Shown one piece after another: positions 1 through 10,565 of a stretch of DNA of 64,000 nucleotides (within the stretch, counting starts at the first letter, position 1; each line of letters starts with the position of its first letter). The notes under the pieces are model-generated. The model was not told where the DNA came from, did no database searches, and saw only the letters and a list, made by a program, of their open reading frames with translations. The position numbers and the translations under genes are program-made. The stretch is from contig CAZMHS010000003.1 of the NCBI GenBank assembly GCA_964566185.1, forward strand, positions 1,208 to 65,207, read 5' to 3'. This DNA comes from an uncultured Alphaproteobacteria bacterium. GTDB taxonomy: Bacteria; Pseudomonadota; Alphaproteobacteria; UBA3830; CAYLKK01.

Positions 1-1603
1 TAGAAAGCCTGTGCGCTATTATGATTGCCGTTTTTCCTTTTAATAATTTTTTCATAGCAATTTGTATATGCTTTTCAGATTCAGAATCCAATGCGCTAGT
101 AGCTTCGTCTAACAACAATATTGGTGAATTCTTCAAAAATGCTCTAGCAATCGATATTCTTTGTCGTTGCCCTCCAGACAGACTAGCGCCATTTTCCCCA
201 ACGATAGTCTGAAAGCCATCTTCCAAATTCATTATAAAATCGTACGCAGCAGCTCGCTTCGCCGCTTCAATTATATCTTCTTCAGATGCATCTATATTTC
301 CAAAAGCGATATTATTATAGACCGTATCGTTAAATAATGTTACATCTTGACTAACTAAACTGATATTTTCACGCAATGATTTTATCGAAACGCTTTTAAT
401 ATCCTGCCCGTCAATCGTAATACGCCCTTTCTGAACATCATAAAAACGAGATATCAGATTAATCAACGTACTTTTTCCAGATCCGCTGTGTCCAACCAAC
501 GCTATCGTCTTTTTCGGAGGAATTACAAGATTAAAATCTCGAATTACATCGTCTCCTTTCTCATATTTAAATGTTACATCTTCAAACCTAATTTCTGCAG
601 ATGAAACTTTCAACTGCGCAGCGCCGATACAATCGACGATAGTTGGTTTATTATCAATTACATTATATATACGAACAGCAGCAGCAACACCTTCTTGCAG
701 AGCTGAATTTGAGTTTGCTAAGTTTTTTATTGGCTTATACACCATTATTAATGCTGTTAAAAAACTTAACAACGTTCCAGGTGTTCTATAGCCATTAATT
801 ACGAGCCAACCACCAACTAATACAATAATCGCAACAGCTACACCAACTAACATTTCTATTATTGGATGGATCAAAGCTTTTGTTCTAGCTGACTTTATAG
901 AAAGTTTATATACATTATCTGTAATTTCATGAGCTTTTTCTGATTGATAATTTTCCATCCCATATGATTTTATTAGTCTAATTCCCTGAAAACTTTGAAC
1001 TAGAAAACTAACCCAATGCCCGGCAAGAATTTGCCCCGCCGTTGAAAAACCTCGAACTTTTTTCCCTATCTGAATAGTAGGGAAAACGGTTGCAGAAAAT
1101 CCAATAATAACAAAAGTTGAAAACATCGGATCCTGCAGAAATATAACTACTATAATTCCAAAAACTACAACTACGTCCTTAAAAAATTCTGATATTACAA
1201 GCATCACAATGTTATGTAATATTCCAATATCATTTGTAAGCCTGGAGACTAAACGTCCACACGGCTCGTTAGTAAATGTAGCAAGATCAGATCTTAGCAA
1301 ATGAGAAAACATGCGAATTTGTATTTTTTTCACTATTGACTGCCACAATTTGCTTAAGCATATAGAGCTGATATAATCTCCCACACCTCGAAAAACAGAA
1401 ATCGCCAAGAAACAAACCGCTATCGTACTAAGCATAGAGATATCCTTACTAACAAAAACATCATCGATAATTGGTTTAACAAACTTAGCTGTAGCTACAG
1501 TACACAAACTAGATATCGCAGTACAAATAATAATAGCAAGAACTTGTCTAAATTGAGGTTTAATATATTCTTTTAAAAAACGCTCTATTGCCTTACTACC
1601 CAC
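1..1603 (-). CDS. ABC transporter, fused permease/ATPase (MsbA/ABCB-like exporter); C-terminus runs off the left edge
   Basis: Not in the ORF track because there is no stop inside the window. My reverse-strand translation shows a TM-rich N-terminal half, Walker A GHSGSGKST (about 467-493), ABC signature LSGGQRQR (161-181) and Walker B ILLLDEATSALD. The likely GTG start at 1603-1601 shares 1 nt with the pmbA TAG stop and is in frame with the motifs. Confidence 0.85.
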   Translation of the reverse strand, partial: MGSKAIERFLKEYIKPQFRQVLAIIICTAISSLCTVATAKFVKPIIDDVFVSKDISMLSTIAVCFLAISVFRGVGDYISSICLSKLWQSIVKKIQIRMFSHLLRSDLATFTNEPCGRLVSRLTNDIGILHNIVMLVISEFFKDVVVVFGIIVVIFLQDPMFSTFVIIGFSATVFPTIQIGKKVRGFSTAGQILAGHWVSFLVQSFQGIRLIKSYGMENYQSEKAHEITDNVYKLSIKSARTKALIHPIIEMLVGVAVAIIVLVGGWLVINGYRTPGTLLSFLTALIMVYKPIKNLANSNSALQEGVAAAVRIYNVIDNKPTIVDCIGAAQLKVSSAEIRFEDVTFKYEKGDDVIRDFNLVIPPKKTIALVGHSGSGKSTLINLISRFYDVQKGRITIDGQDIKSVSIKSLRENISLVSQDVTLFNDTVYNNIAFGNIDASEEDIIEAAKRAAAYDFIMNLEDGFQTIVGENGASLSGGQRQRISIARAFLKNSPILLLDEATSALDSESEKHIQIAMKKLLKGKTAIIIAHRLS

Positions 1604-2925
1604 TATATCCCCGCAATCGTCATATCTTCTATAAATGCAGTTGGCGCGTCAACACCTGTTCTGTATTCTAGGTCGTTTGCAAAAACAACTTTTGAAAACA
1701 TACTCAACATATTTCCAGCAACCGTCATCTCTTTTATCGGATGAACAATAGAGCCATTTTCTATTTTAAAACCAGATACTCCTTGGCTATAATTTCCAGA
1801 TGCGATATCAATACCATTACCCATGACATTTGTAATTACAATACCTGATTCGACAGATTTTATCATATCAGCAACACAACACTCACCATTTGCCACATAA
1901 GTGTTATACGATCCGATAGAGCCAGAACTTTGAGCCCTTCCATTTGTTTTCATAAAAAGCTTTCCTGCAGATTCTATATTTAACAAAAAATTCTGCAAAA
2001 TCCCTTTTTCGACTAAATTCATCTTCCCACATGCAACAAGCTCGGAATCGAACTGCGAATTCCTAAGCCCTCCTTGCATAAGAGGATCATCAATAATATT
2101 AACATTTTCACGAAAAATTTGTGTGTTTAGCCTATCATGCAGAAATGTATGTTTTTTATACACTAATCCGCCATTAATTGCTGTCAGCAAGTAGTATAGA
2201 AGCTGATTAGAAACTCTATTATCAAATATCACATGTCCAACAAATGATTTGATCTTTTTCCCGCCCAATTTCGAAGCTGCGCGTCTCCCAGCCTCCTGTC
2301 CAAGACAATTTGCAGCTTTAAGAGCATCAAATGTTTTACTGATAGAAAAATCATAATCCACTTCTGTATCACCGTCTGCAGACCGAGCTACAGCAGTTAC
2401 ACTGCCAGAATATTGTTCATCTCGGTTATACCCACAATTGCCATTTGAATTTTTAATGTAAATACTATGCACACGATGCGAAATAGATGCTCCTTCAGAC
2501 GAAACAACATTTTTCACACTAAGAGCCGACTCCTCGCTTTCTTTTGCAAAATCGATCATTTTTTCTACATCATTTTCGAGTGTAAGCACGGCTTCTATGC
2601 AAGTATCTGAAGAAAAGGCCTCATCACACATCGGTAATCGTAAAAACTTATTTTCTGGAGCTAACTTCGCAAGCTCAACTGCCTTCTCTGCAAGTGACAA
2701 CAGTCCGTTTTTATCTATTCTCTTTCCAGAAACCACAGACATTCTATTTCCAACGAACGCTTTAGCCTCTATCGAAATATCTTCAGATTTCTCAAGTTTT
2801 TCAAACTTACACAACCTAGTTCCAACGGAAGCAGTTTTACTACATGTAACGGAAGCCACGCACGACGTTGCGCCTCGTTTATTCATAGCATCGACCAACA
2901 CATCCGCGATATCACTACCAAACAC
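1603..2925 (-). CDS. pmbA: PmbA/TldE-family metalloprotease component
   Basis: 440-aa ORF with a GTG start and GGAG about 9 nt upstream. Overall PmbA_TldD-like length and C-terminal pattern (GNYSQGVSGFKIENG). This is family resemblance only; I verified no catalytic motif. Confidence 0.75.
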   Translation of the reverse strand: MFGSDIADVLVDAMNKRGATSCVASVTCSKTASVGTRLCKFEKLEKSEDISIEAKAFVGNRMSVVSGKRIDKNGLLSLAEKAVELAKLAPENKFLRLPMCDEAFSSDTCIEAVLTLENDVEKMIDFAKESEESALSVKNVVSSEGASISHRVHSIYIKNSNGNCGYNRDEQYSGSVTAVARSADGDTEVDYDFSISKTFDALKAANCLGQEAGRRAASKLGGKKIKSFVGHVIFDNRVSNQLLYYLLTAINGGLVYKKHTFLHDRLNTQIFRENVNIIDDPLMQGGLRNSQFDSELVACGKMNLVEKGILQNFLLNIESAGKLFMKTNGRAQSSGSIGSYNTYVANGECCVADMIKSVESGIVITNVMGNGIDIASGNYSQGVSGFKIENGSIVHPIKEMTVAGNMLSMFSKVVFANDLEYRTGVDAPTAFIEDMTIAGI

Positions 2926-2943
2926 TTGAATACTCCATATAAA

Positions 2944-3645
2944 TCAACTATACCGCTTCCAAATCGGATCTTTTAGCGAATTCACCAACACATTATGCGC
3001 ATTTAATTCATCATTGCTAACACTAGCCTTGTGCACTCGCATAGCGCCGCAATTATGCACCATATGTCCACGTTGATTCGCTGTCGTCTGCCCAAGATAT
3101 CCGACAGGCATACGTTCAAATAGCAAAGAACTCTGTTTTCCACCAAGAAGATTTATATAAACCTCAGCAAGAAGCTGACAATCTAATAAAGCCCCGTGCT
3201 TAGCTCGTACAGAAAGATCAACATTGAACCTCTTGCACAAAGCATCTAAACTGGCTGGAGCCCCAGGAAACATCTTACGAGCAAGCATCAACGTATCTAC
3301 TGTATTCTCAATAGATAGCAAAGCACGACCGATATTACCCAACTCCATATTTAAAAATTTTATATCAAACGTAGCATTATGAATTACTAATTTATCATTA
3401 TTAATAAAAGCCAAAAAATCATCAACTATTTCGTGAAACTTAGGTTTATCGAAAAAAAACTCAGTAGGAAGACCGCATATTGCCTCAGCCTCCTTTGGAA
3501 CATCACGTTCAGGATTAATATACACCTGATATACGTTTCCTGTAGGAACGTGATCAATTAATTCAACACATCCAATCTCTGTAATTCTGTGACCATTCTT
3601 TGGATCTAAACCAGTAGTTTCGGTATCAAGGATTACTTCCCTCAT
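2944..3645 (-). CDS. dnaQ: DNA polymerase III epsilon subunit (3'-5' exonuclease)
   Basis: Exo [10 protein letters not shown], Exo [12 protein letters not shown], Exo [17 protein letters not shown]. Start moved to ATG 3645, preceded by AGGAAG; the track ORF begins at TTG 3666. Confidence 0.9.
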   Translation of the reverse strand: MREVILDTETTGLDPKNGHRITEIGCVELIDHVPTGNVYQVYINPERDVPKEAEAICGLPTEFFFDKPKFHEIVDDFLAFINNDKLVIHNATFDIKFLNMELGNIGRALLSIENTVDTLMLARKMFPGAPASLDALCKRFNVDLSVRAKHGALLDCQLLAEVYINLLGGKQSSLLFERMPVGYLGQTTANQRGHMVHNCGAMRVHKASVSNDELNAHNVLVNSLKDPIWKRYS

Positions 3646-4129
3646 CACGCTTCCTCTCACCATCAAATTCAGTGCACGAACGATTCAAACGAGCAATTGA
3701 GTTTAAAATACCACTAACGAACGAAACACCAGCATCACGAAAGAAACAGCTCGCTATTGTCGCATATTCGTTTAGCACAACCCTCCCAGGAATATTCGGG
3801 AAATATAAAATTTCACTCGCACCAAGTTGTATAATGCATAAAGCGACAGGATCGACTCTGTCTATGCTCCAATCGCTAGACAAATTTCGCACTATCACAT
3901 CATTTACAGCATCGTAATTATTATCTACTATACAAAGCAGCTTCTTAAAAAACCTGCCATCTATACCTGAAATATCAACATCTGGAATCATCGGGCTATC
4001 TAACTCGTCACGAGATAAATACGATGCTATAACAGCCTGCATAGGTTCTTCAGATTTTACGTGTTGAAACAGCGCAAGCACGCCGTACAACCTAGCGATA
4101 CTACGCCCATGTATGCCATTTCCCCTCAT
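3626..4129 (-). CDS. nusB: Transcription antitermination factor NusB
   Basis: 167-aa helical protein with a NusB-like pattern ([14 protein letters not shown]..., [16 protein letters not shown]). Its 3' end overlaps the dnaQ start by about 20 nt. Confidence 0.8.
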   Translation of the reverse strand: MRGNGIHGRSIARLYGVLALFQHVKSEEPMQAVIASYLSRDELDSPMIPDVDISGIDGRFFKKLLCIVDNNYDAVNDVIVRNLSSDWSIDRVDPVALCIIQLGASEILYFPNIPGRVVLNEYATIASCFFRDAGVSFVSGILNSIARLNRSCTEFDGERKRDEGSNP

Positions 4130-4353
4130 TTGCGCTCAAAAAAACGGAACCTTCGTAGGATAACATACACACATCGATAAATCAACTAAAGACTTAACGT
4201 ATTGTGCGATTTGGTATATTTTTTAAGCAACACCACGAATGCGATCAAGATTCGCACATACAGACAGCCTGAACAAGCTCATTTATCAATTATTGATCTT
4301 ATTTTGCAAACTTCATCATCGAAGTAAATCTACAACATTGACGTATGGCACAT

Positions 4354-5871
4354 TTATAGTGAATTTGTAAACTTAAACGCAATTGCTGCCGTTATATGTT
4401 CATCAGATATCAATTCTTTGTCGTTGAGGTCAGCGATGGTTCGTGCGACTTTGATGATTTTGTAAAAACATCTAGCAGATATATCGTATTTGTTTACGTA
4501 TTGTTGCAGTATTTTTTTTGCATTGTCCGTCATATACTGTTCTAAAATTGTGCCTTGAACCTCAGAATTCGTGTATATATCATCGAGATGCTTGTACCTT
4601 TCTTGCTGAATTGTTCGTGCCTTAATAACGCGCTGTTTTATTTCTACTGAAGTTTCAGATTGTGCCCGATTTACATTGATTAGGTCTATCTTTGTATTTT
4701 CGACCTGAATCAACATATCGAATCTATCCAATAATGGGCCTGAGATTCGCTGTATATATTCTGCGCCACACGATGGAGCACGCTTGCACTCTTTTTTACT
4801 CACACCTAAGAAACCACATTTACATGGATTCATCGCTGCTATGAGTTGAATTTTTGCAGGATATGTTACATGCGAATTAGCTCTTGCTATGCTGACTACG
4901 CCTGTCTCTAACGGTTGTCTCAGAGCTTCTAGAGCACTTCTTGAAAACTCAGGTAGCTCATCTAAAAATAAAACGCCTCTGTGAGCTAACGATATTTCTC
5001 CAGGCTGAGCTTTTATACCTCCGCCGACAAGCGCTGGTAACGACGCAGAATGATGCGGAGCTCTGTATGGCCTACTTGTAATGATTCCAGATTCAGGCAG
5101 TTTATTAAGTAAACTGTATATCATAGTTACTTCAAGTGCTTCCTTCGCATTAAGCGGTGGTAAAATACTATTCATTCTTTCTGCAAGTAGCGACTTTCCA
5201 ACGCCAGGAGGACCAGACATTAATACATTATGTCCGCCAGCAGCCGCTACTTCTAAAGCCTGCTTCGCTATAGCTTGCCCATAAACTGTACTCATGCATA
5301 AATCATAAGTTTCTTCGTAAAGTTGATTGCGTTGAGGCATAAAATCCGTCTGTTCTATTAATTGCTTACCATTAATATGATTAATTAACTCAAGAATGTC
5401 AGAGGCTGCAATAATATCATTGTGTCCAGCCCAAACAGCTTCATGAACAGATTTTTTAGGACAAATTAACCCTTTATTCTCATTTTTTGCGAACATTGAA
5501 GCAAGTAATACACCTGAAACAGGTTTAATTTCTCCATCTAATGCAAGCTCGCCAAGTGCGACAAAGTCATCTGTATAATCTGTTTTAATAATCCCCATCG
5601 CTGATAATAGAGCGATTGTTATTGGTAGATCGAAGTGACTTCCTTCTTTTTGAATATCTGCTGGCGATAAATTGACAATAATTCTTTTAGATGGCACTGA
5701 TAAACCAATCGCGAATAAACTTGCTCTTATGCGTTCTTTCGATTCAGCAACTGACTTATTAGGTAAACCGACAATGTTAAAAGATGGAAGCCCATTTAAA
5801 ATTTGTATTTGAACTTCTATCCCAACCGCATCAATTCCAGCAAACGCAACTGTTAGAACATTTGAATGCAA
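4354..5871 (-). CDS. comM: Mg-chelatase-like AAA+ protein YifB/ComM
   Basis: 505 aa. N-terminal Lon-like domain, Walker A GPPGVGKS, Walker B VLFLDELPEF, C-terminal ChlI-type region. TTG start. Confidence 0.85.
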   Translation of the reverse strand: MHSNVLTVAFAGIDAVGIEVQIQILNGLPSFNIVGLPNKSVAESKERIRASLFAIGLSVPSKRIIVNLSPADIQKEGSHFDLPITIALLSAMGIIKTDYTDDFVALGELALDGEIKPVSGVLLASMFAKNENKGLICPKKSVHEAVWAGHNDIIAASDILELINHINGKQLIEQTDFMPQRNQLYEETYDLCMSTVYGQAIAKQALEVAAAGGHNVLMSGPPGVGKSLLAERMNSILPPLNAKEALEVTMIYSLLNKLPESGIITSRPYRAPHHSASLPALVGGGIKAQPGEISLAHRGVLFLDELPEFSRSALEALRQPLETGVVSIARANSHVTYPAKIQLIAAMNPCKCGFLGVSKKECKRAPSCGAEYIQRISGPLLDRFDMLIQVENTKIDLINVNRAQSETSVEIKQRVIKARTIQQERYKHLDDIYTNSEVQGTILEQYMTDNAKKILQQYVNKYDISARCFYKIIKVARTIADLNDKELISDEHITAAIAFKFTNSL

Positions 5872-5938
5872 AATACGTCCAATAAAATATTATCGATAAT
5901 TTTACAGTACAATAATTAAAATAATATTTATGAACAGT

Positions 5939-5967
5939 TTGATTTCATGAAATAGGTTATCTATAAT
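5939..5967 (+). promoter_or_regulatory. Candidate sigma70-type promoter for rph
   Basis: -35 TTGATT (5939-5944), 17-nt spacer, -10 TATAAT (5962-5967), then GAGGG SD at 5982-5986 before ATG 5991. Chance matches are common in this AT-rich background. Confidence 0.4.
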
Positions 5968-5990
5968 GTAACAAATTTTTCGAGGGAATT

Positions 5991-6701
5991 ATGCGCTCAT
6001 GTGGTAGAGCTGTTGATCAGCACAGGGATATTAGGTTCGAAACAAATTATATAAAAAATGCCGATGGTAGTTGTTTGGCGATCTTCGGTGATACAAAGGT
6101 TATATGTACCGCATCCATAGAAGATCGCGTACCATTATTTCAGAAAGGAAGTGGAAACGGTTGGATTTCAGCTGAGTATGGTATGCTACCAAGAGCGACT
6201 AATACTAGAACAGATAGAGAATCTGTAAAAGGAAAACAATCTGGCAGAACGCAAGAAATCCAACGTCTTATAAGTCGATCATTAAGAGCTGCTGTAAATC
6301 TTAGCGTGCTTGGTGAACGGCAGATAAAAATTGATTGCGACGTAATTCAGGCTGACGGAGGAACGCGTACAGCTTCTATTTGTGGTGGATGTATAGCACT
6401 TTACTTTGCACTTCAAAAAATGCGATTAAAGGAAAATCCTTTTCGGCATTTCGTTGCCGCAATCTCATGCGGAATTATGAAGGATGGACACGCAGTTGTA
6501 GATTTGGACTACAATGAGGACAGTAAGGCCGTTGTAGATGCTAATTTCGTTGCTCTTGATAATGGTTTATTAGTTGAAGTTCAAGGCACTGGAGAAAATG
6601 GAGCATTTACTGATGATCAGTTGATGCAAATGCTATCTCTATCTAGGAGCGCTATTAAAGATATTCTTGCTCTCCAAAAAGCCGCCGTTGCTAATGGATA
6701 A
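5991..6701 (+). CDS. rph: Ribonuclease PH
   Basis: 236 aa, collinear with RNase PH from the N-terminus. Motifs FGDTKVICTA, GWISAEYGMLPRAT, DCDVIQADGGTRTA. Confidence 0.92.
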   Translation: MRSCGRAVDQHRDIRFETNYIKNADGSCLAIFGDTKVICTASIEDRVPLFQKGSGNGWISAEYGMLPRATNTRTDRESVKGKQSGRTQEIQRLISRSLRAAVNLSVLGERQIKIDCDVIQADGGTRTASICGGCIALYFALQKMRLKENPFRHFVAAISCGIMKDGHAVVDLDYNEDSKAVVDANFVALDNGLLVEVQGTGENGAFTDDQLMQMLSLSRSAIKDILALQKAAVANG

Positions 6702-7803
6702 GCTCGCAATATATATTCATTTCCCGTTTTGTTTATCAAAATGTAATTATTGCGCTTTCTATAGTGAAAGATTTGATAATACACTGTATAGTGTTGTTGT
6801 AAAAAAAATACTGTTAGATATCGAGTATTTATCGGCTAAAACAGGATGTCGCGAAGTTGTAAGTATTTTTTTCGGTGGAGGTACGCCTTCATTAATGGCA
6901 GCGTCCGATATTGGAAAAATAATAGATTACATTGCGAAATTTCACATATTTTCTGATACTGTGGAAATTACGTTAGAAGCGAATCCTGAGACTATAAATG
7001 TTGATAAACTTAATGATTTAGCTCGTTCTGGTGTAAACAGAATTTCGCTCGGTATACAAAGTTTTTTAAGAAATGAGTTAGCATTCCTAGGTAGACGTTG
7101 TTCTGATGAACAGACATTAAATGCAGCAGAAGCTGTCAGTAAAATCTTCAGAAATTATAATTTCGATTTAATATATGGATTTTCTACACAAACGCCATCA
7201 ACCATCGCTTATTCGCTCAAGCAAGCTATGCAGTTTAGTCCAACGCATATATCATGCTATCGTCTTACTTACGAAAAAAACACAATTTTGCATCAAAAAA
7301 TGTTAGCCGGCGAGCTATCCGACATAAGCGAAGACGACGAAATAAATTTATTCGATACGATATCTAGCATGTTACAAGCGAACGGGTTTCAGCGTTACGA
7401 AATTTCGAACTTCGCAAAACCAACACACGAATGTATACACAATCTAATGTATTGGGAATACAACGACTACTACGGTATAGGCGCATCTTCACATGGCCGT
7501 ATTACGTTAAACGGAAAAAAATACGCAACAGAACATGCAAACAATATCAATGATTGGATAAAGTCAAATTGTAAACTCTACGAACTATCAAAAACAGACT
7601 CAATAAATGAGGCTATAATCATGGGCCTACGCACCGTTAATGGTGTAAACATATCAAAACTCCATTTATCGAATAAACAAGCGAAAAAAATCGACGATCT
7701 TGTAATGCAACAAGTAATGATGCTTGAAAACAACAGATTGAAAATCAAGAGCAAATATCTCGACGTATGTGACTACATCACTCGAGACATTATTGGCTGC
7801 TAA
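6694..7803 (+). CDS. hemW: Radical SAM heme chaperone HemW / oxygen-independent coproporphyrinogen-III oxidase-like protein
   Basis: IYIHFPFCLSKCNYCAF (CxxxCxxC radical-SAM cluster motif) and a HemN_C-like tail. ATG 6694 overlaps the rph stop by 8 nt; the track ORF starts at TTG 6667. Confidence 0.85.
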   Translation: MDKLAIYIHFPFCLSKCNYCAFYSERFDNTLYSVVVKKILLDIEYLSAKTGCREVVSIFFGGGTPSLMAASDIGKIIDYIAKFHIFSDTVEITLEANPETINVDKLNDLARSGVNRISLGIQSFLRNELAFLGRRCSDEQTLNAAEAVSKIFRNYNFDLIYGFSTQTPSTIAYSLKQAMQFSPTHISCYRLTYEKNTILHQKMLAGELSDISEDDEINLFDTISSMLQANGFQRYEISNFAKPTHECIHNLMYWEYNDYYGIGASSHGRITLNGKKYATEHANNINDWIKSNCKLYELSKTDSINEAIIMGLRTVNGVNISKLHLSNKQAKKIDDLVMQQVMMLENNRLKIKSKYLDVCDYITRDIIGC

Positions 7804-7970
7804 TTAAACTCTATAGCAGAATTTTTGCAACAAGATGCACAACAGCCGCACCCTAAGCATAAGTCATCGTTGATGTGTACATTTCCGTTTTCATCTTTTT
7901 GTATGGCACCGACAGGGCACACCTCAGAACACTCCATGCATTTCATACATTTTTCAGTAATTATTCTCAT
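7800..7970 (-). CDS. Small 2[4Fe-4S] ferredoxin (56 aa), absent from ORF track
   Basis: My translation: MRIITEKCMKCMECSEVCPVGAIQKDENGNVHINDDLCLGCGCCASCCKNSAIEFN. It has two CxxCxxCxxxC motifs, the first followed by P. AAGG lies 8 nt upstream of the ATG and a near-consensus promoter lies upstream. The TAG stop overlaps the hemW stop convergently. Confidence 0.75.
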   Translation of the reverse strand: MRIITEKCMKCMECSEVCPVGAIQKDENGNVHINDDLCLGCGCCASCCKNSAIEFN

Positions 7971-7999
7971 GCTACGACCTTGAACAACAGAAGTGTAAC

Positions 8000-8028
8000 A
8001 TTGTATCGTATTCCATAGAAAAAGTCAA
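8000..8028 (-). promoter_or_regulatory. Candidate sigma70-type promoter for the mini-ferredoxin gene
   Basis: On the minus strand: -35 TTGACT (8028-8023), 17-nt spacer, -10 TACAAT (8005-8000), about 30 nt upstream of ATG 7970. Confidence 0.45.
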
Positions 8029-8165
8029 TAATTAGAGAATTGTAAATCGTTTTGTTCTTACATTAAATTTATATGCTGCAAACTTAGACTGCCGACATCC
8101 TCAAAGGTGCAAACCACCATATACAAATGGGACTTAACACACGTTCGGCTTTTTATGGCTAATGG

Positions 8166-9200
8166 TTATAACTTTGCGTCTGTAGATTTTAATTGCCCGC
8201 ATGCGGCTAAAATATCAGCCCCTTTCGATTTACGAATAGTGCACATTATGCCACGATTTTTTATGATATTTTGAAACGCCAATGTTTTGTCCTCAGTTGA
8301 CCGAGAGAAAACACCACCAGGCCACTCATTATACATAATTAAGTTGATTTTACATTTTACACATTTTACTAATTCGCACAATTCTTTGGCGTGCTCTACA
8401 GAATCATTAATATCTCGTAACATCAAGTATTCAAATGTTACATAATCAGTATTACTAACTTTAGGATAATTTTTTACTGTGCTAATGAGTTGCTCAATAC
8501 TGTATTTTTTGTTGATCGGCATAATTTGTGATCTAATATGATTGTTCGGAGCATGTAATGACACAGCTAGTTCTACTTTAAACCTTTTCCCAAACTCGAG
8601 TAAATTATCTAATATTCCAGATGTAGAAACCGTAATCCTATGTCTTGACATATTAATACCATTCTTATCTAGCATAATTTCTAAAAAATCAGATAAATTT
8701 TCAATATTCATGAATGGTTCCCCCATTCCCATTATTACAATATTTGTAATCTTGCTACCGTCACGCTCTAAAACTTTACGCCAGTACATGTACTGACATA
8801 TTAATTCTGCGCAACTCAGATTTCTAACGAAGCGCTGAGTCCCCGTATTACAAAATTTGCACGCCATCTTACAGCCTACCTGTGTAGACATGCACAAAGT
8901 ATTCCTATCATTATCATTTATCAAGACATTTTCAACAGTCTCTCCGTCGCTCAACCTCAATAGTGCTTTAATTGTTCCATCGGAAGAACGTTGTAACTGT
9001 TCACATTGTAGGTCAAACAAACCGAAATATTGCTTTAGTACATCTCTAGTATGTCTTGGTAAATCTGTCATTTCATCGATTGAAGTTACAGATTTATTAT
9101 AAATCCAAGGGTATACCCTTTTCGCATCGAGCTTTGAAAAACCATTTTCAACAAATTCATCAATCAACTTATTAAATGTATAATTATATAAATTATTCAT
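8166..9200 (-). CDS. rlmN: 23S rRNA/tRNA (adenine-C2)-methyltransferase RlmN (radical SAM)
   Basis: CKMACKFCNTG radical-SAM motif, GMGEPF, C-terminal Cys in ILAACGQL. ATG 9200 preferred; the track ORF starts at TTG 9230, inside rnhA. Confidence 0.9.
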   Translation of the reverse strand: MNNLYNYTFNKLIDEFVENGFSKLDAKRVYPWIYNKSVTSIDEMTDLPRHTRDVLKQYFGLFDLQCEQLQRSSDGTIKALLRLSDGETVENVLINDNDRNTLCMSTQVGCKMACKFCNTGTQRFVRNLSCAELICQYMYWRKVLERDGSKITNIVIMGMGEPFMNIENLSDFLEIMLDKNGINMSRHRITVSTSGILDNLLEFGKRFKVELAVSLHAPNNHIRSQIMPINKKYSIEQLISTVKNYPKVSNTDYVTFEYLMLRDINDSVEHAKELCELVKCVKCKINLIMYNEWPGGVFSRSTEDKTLAFQNIIKNRGIMCTIRKSKGADILAACGQLKSTDAKL

Positions 9201-9201
9201 A

Positions 9202-9648
9202 TTATTCCATTTGCGCTCTACAACATCCAATTCTTGCTAACTCATCAGCTCGTTCATTAAAGTCGTGACCTGCATGTCCCTTCACCCAACGCCATTCTAT
9301 ATTACGTTTACTACTTACATCTATAAGCTCTAACCACAAATCCTTATTTTTCACTTCCTGTTTTTTGGAGTTTTTCCAGTTATTTTTCGTCCAAGAGCTT
9401 ATCCATGATGTAATACCATTTTTTACGTATTGACTGTCAGTACATAATACTACCTCGCTGTCATCACAAACACTTTTTAAAGCGTTTATAGCAGCTAATA
9501 ATTCCATCCTGTTGTTTGTCGTAGACTTTTCTCCGCCGAATATTTCCTTCGTTTCATCGCCATAAATTATAACCGCTCCCCAACCTCCAGGTCCTGGATT
9601 TCCGCTGCACGCTCCATCAGTATATATGAGAATTTTTTTATCATTCAT
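9202..9648 (-). CDS. rnhA: Ribonuclease HI
   Basis: 148 aa. [31 protein letters not shown] and GHAGH..NERAD match the RNase H catalytic acidic residues. Confidence 0.92.
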   Translation of the reverse strand: MNDKKILIYTDGACSGNPGPGGWGAVIIYGDETKEIFGGEKSTTNNRMELLAAINALKSVCDDSEVVLCTDSQYVKNGITSWISSWTKNNWKNSKKQEVKNKDLWLELIDVSSKRNIEWRWVKGHAGHDFNERADELARIGCCRAQME

Positions 9649-10445
9649 AATTTTATATTTCCTTCAAACACAAAATTCGCATCACCAATTATTTCTATAG
9701 AGTTATCTTCAATACTTACGACTAAATCACCAATACTTTGATGTACGATAATATCTTGTTTCTTCACAAAACCTAATTTTGCTGCAGCAATTGCCGCAGC
9801 ACAAGCTCCACTTCCGCAGCCTAACGTAAATCCTGCGCCACGTTCCCAAACTCTTAGGAAGATTTCGTTTTTAGGTCCGACTGATGCAAATCCCACGTTA
9901 ATTCCTCCTACAACAAATTCCTCAATTTTTCTTCCTACTTCGTACAACAATTCGTCTTTTACATATCCATCGTTTTGCATAAATAAAGTAATATGCTCAT
10001 TTCCCAAATCTGTAAACAATATATGCGTTATATTTTTTTTCATACCAAAGATGTAGTCTTTTACACGTACTATTTCGTCAGCGCATCGTTTAACAGGATA
10101 TTCGCAACATTTTGTTAAAACTGTGTTATTACTTATCACTTTTGTTTTAACAATAGCGCTTGCAATCCGCATTGTCACACTATCTTGTCCATATAAAATC
10201 TTCGCTAATAACGATAAACACCTAACGCCGTTTCCACACATTCCCGCTTGAGAACCGTCCTTGTTAAAAAACGTTACAAAAAGTTCCTGTATATCAGTTC
10301 GCCGAAAAAAAATCACTTGATCGCACCCAATACCAAATTTACGATTAGATAAAGCAACTGCTAAGTTCGATAAATCAAGCTTACTTTCATTGTGTTCTAC
10401 GATAACAAAATCATTACCAAGCGACTGCATTTTAAAAAATTTCAT
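9645..10445 (-). CDS. dapF: Diaminopimelate epimerase
   Basis: GNDFVIV, catalytic Cys motifs MCGNGVRC and [11 protein letters not shown] 10445 ([13 protein letters not shown]) preferred over the TTG at 10484. ATGA overlap with rnhA. Confidence 0.9.
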   Translation of the reverse strand: MKFFKMQSLGNDFVIVEHNESKLDLSNLAVALSNRKFGIGCDQVIFFRRTDIQELFVTFFNKDGSQAGMCGNGVRCLSLLAKILYGQDSVTMRIASAIVKTKVISNNTVLTKCCEYPVKRCADEIVRVKDYIFGMKKNITHILFTDLGNEHITLFMQNDGYVKDELLYEVGRKIEEFVVGGINVGFASVGPKNEIFLRVWERGAGFTLGCGSGACAAAIAAAKLGFVKKQDIIVHQSIGDLVVSIEDNSIEIIGDANFVFEGNIKL

Positions 10446-10565
10446 ACAAATTACTAAAAAACAACGTACTATGATAACATACAAATTACGTCATTTCGTG
10501 GCATATCAATAAAAAATTAATATTTATAGTTTAGAATATTAGTAACATATCCAGAGAGTATAATT

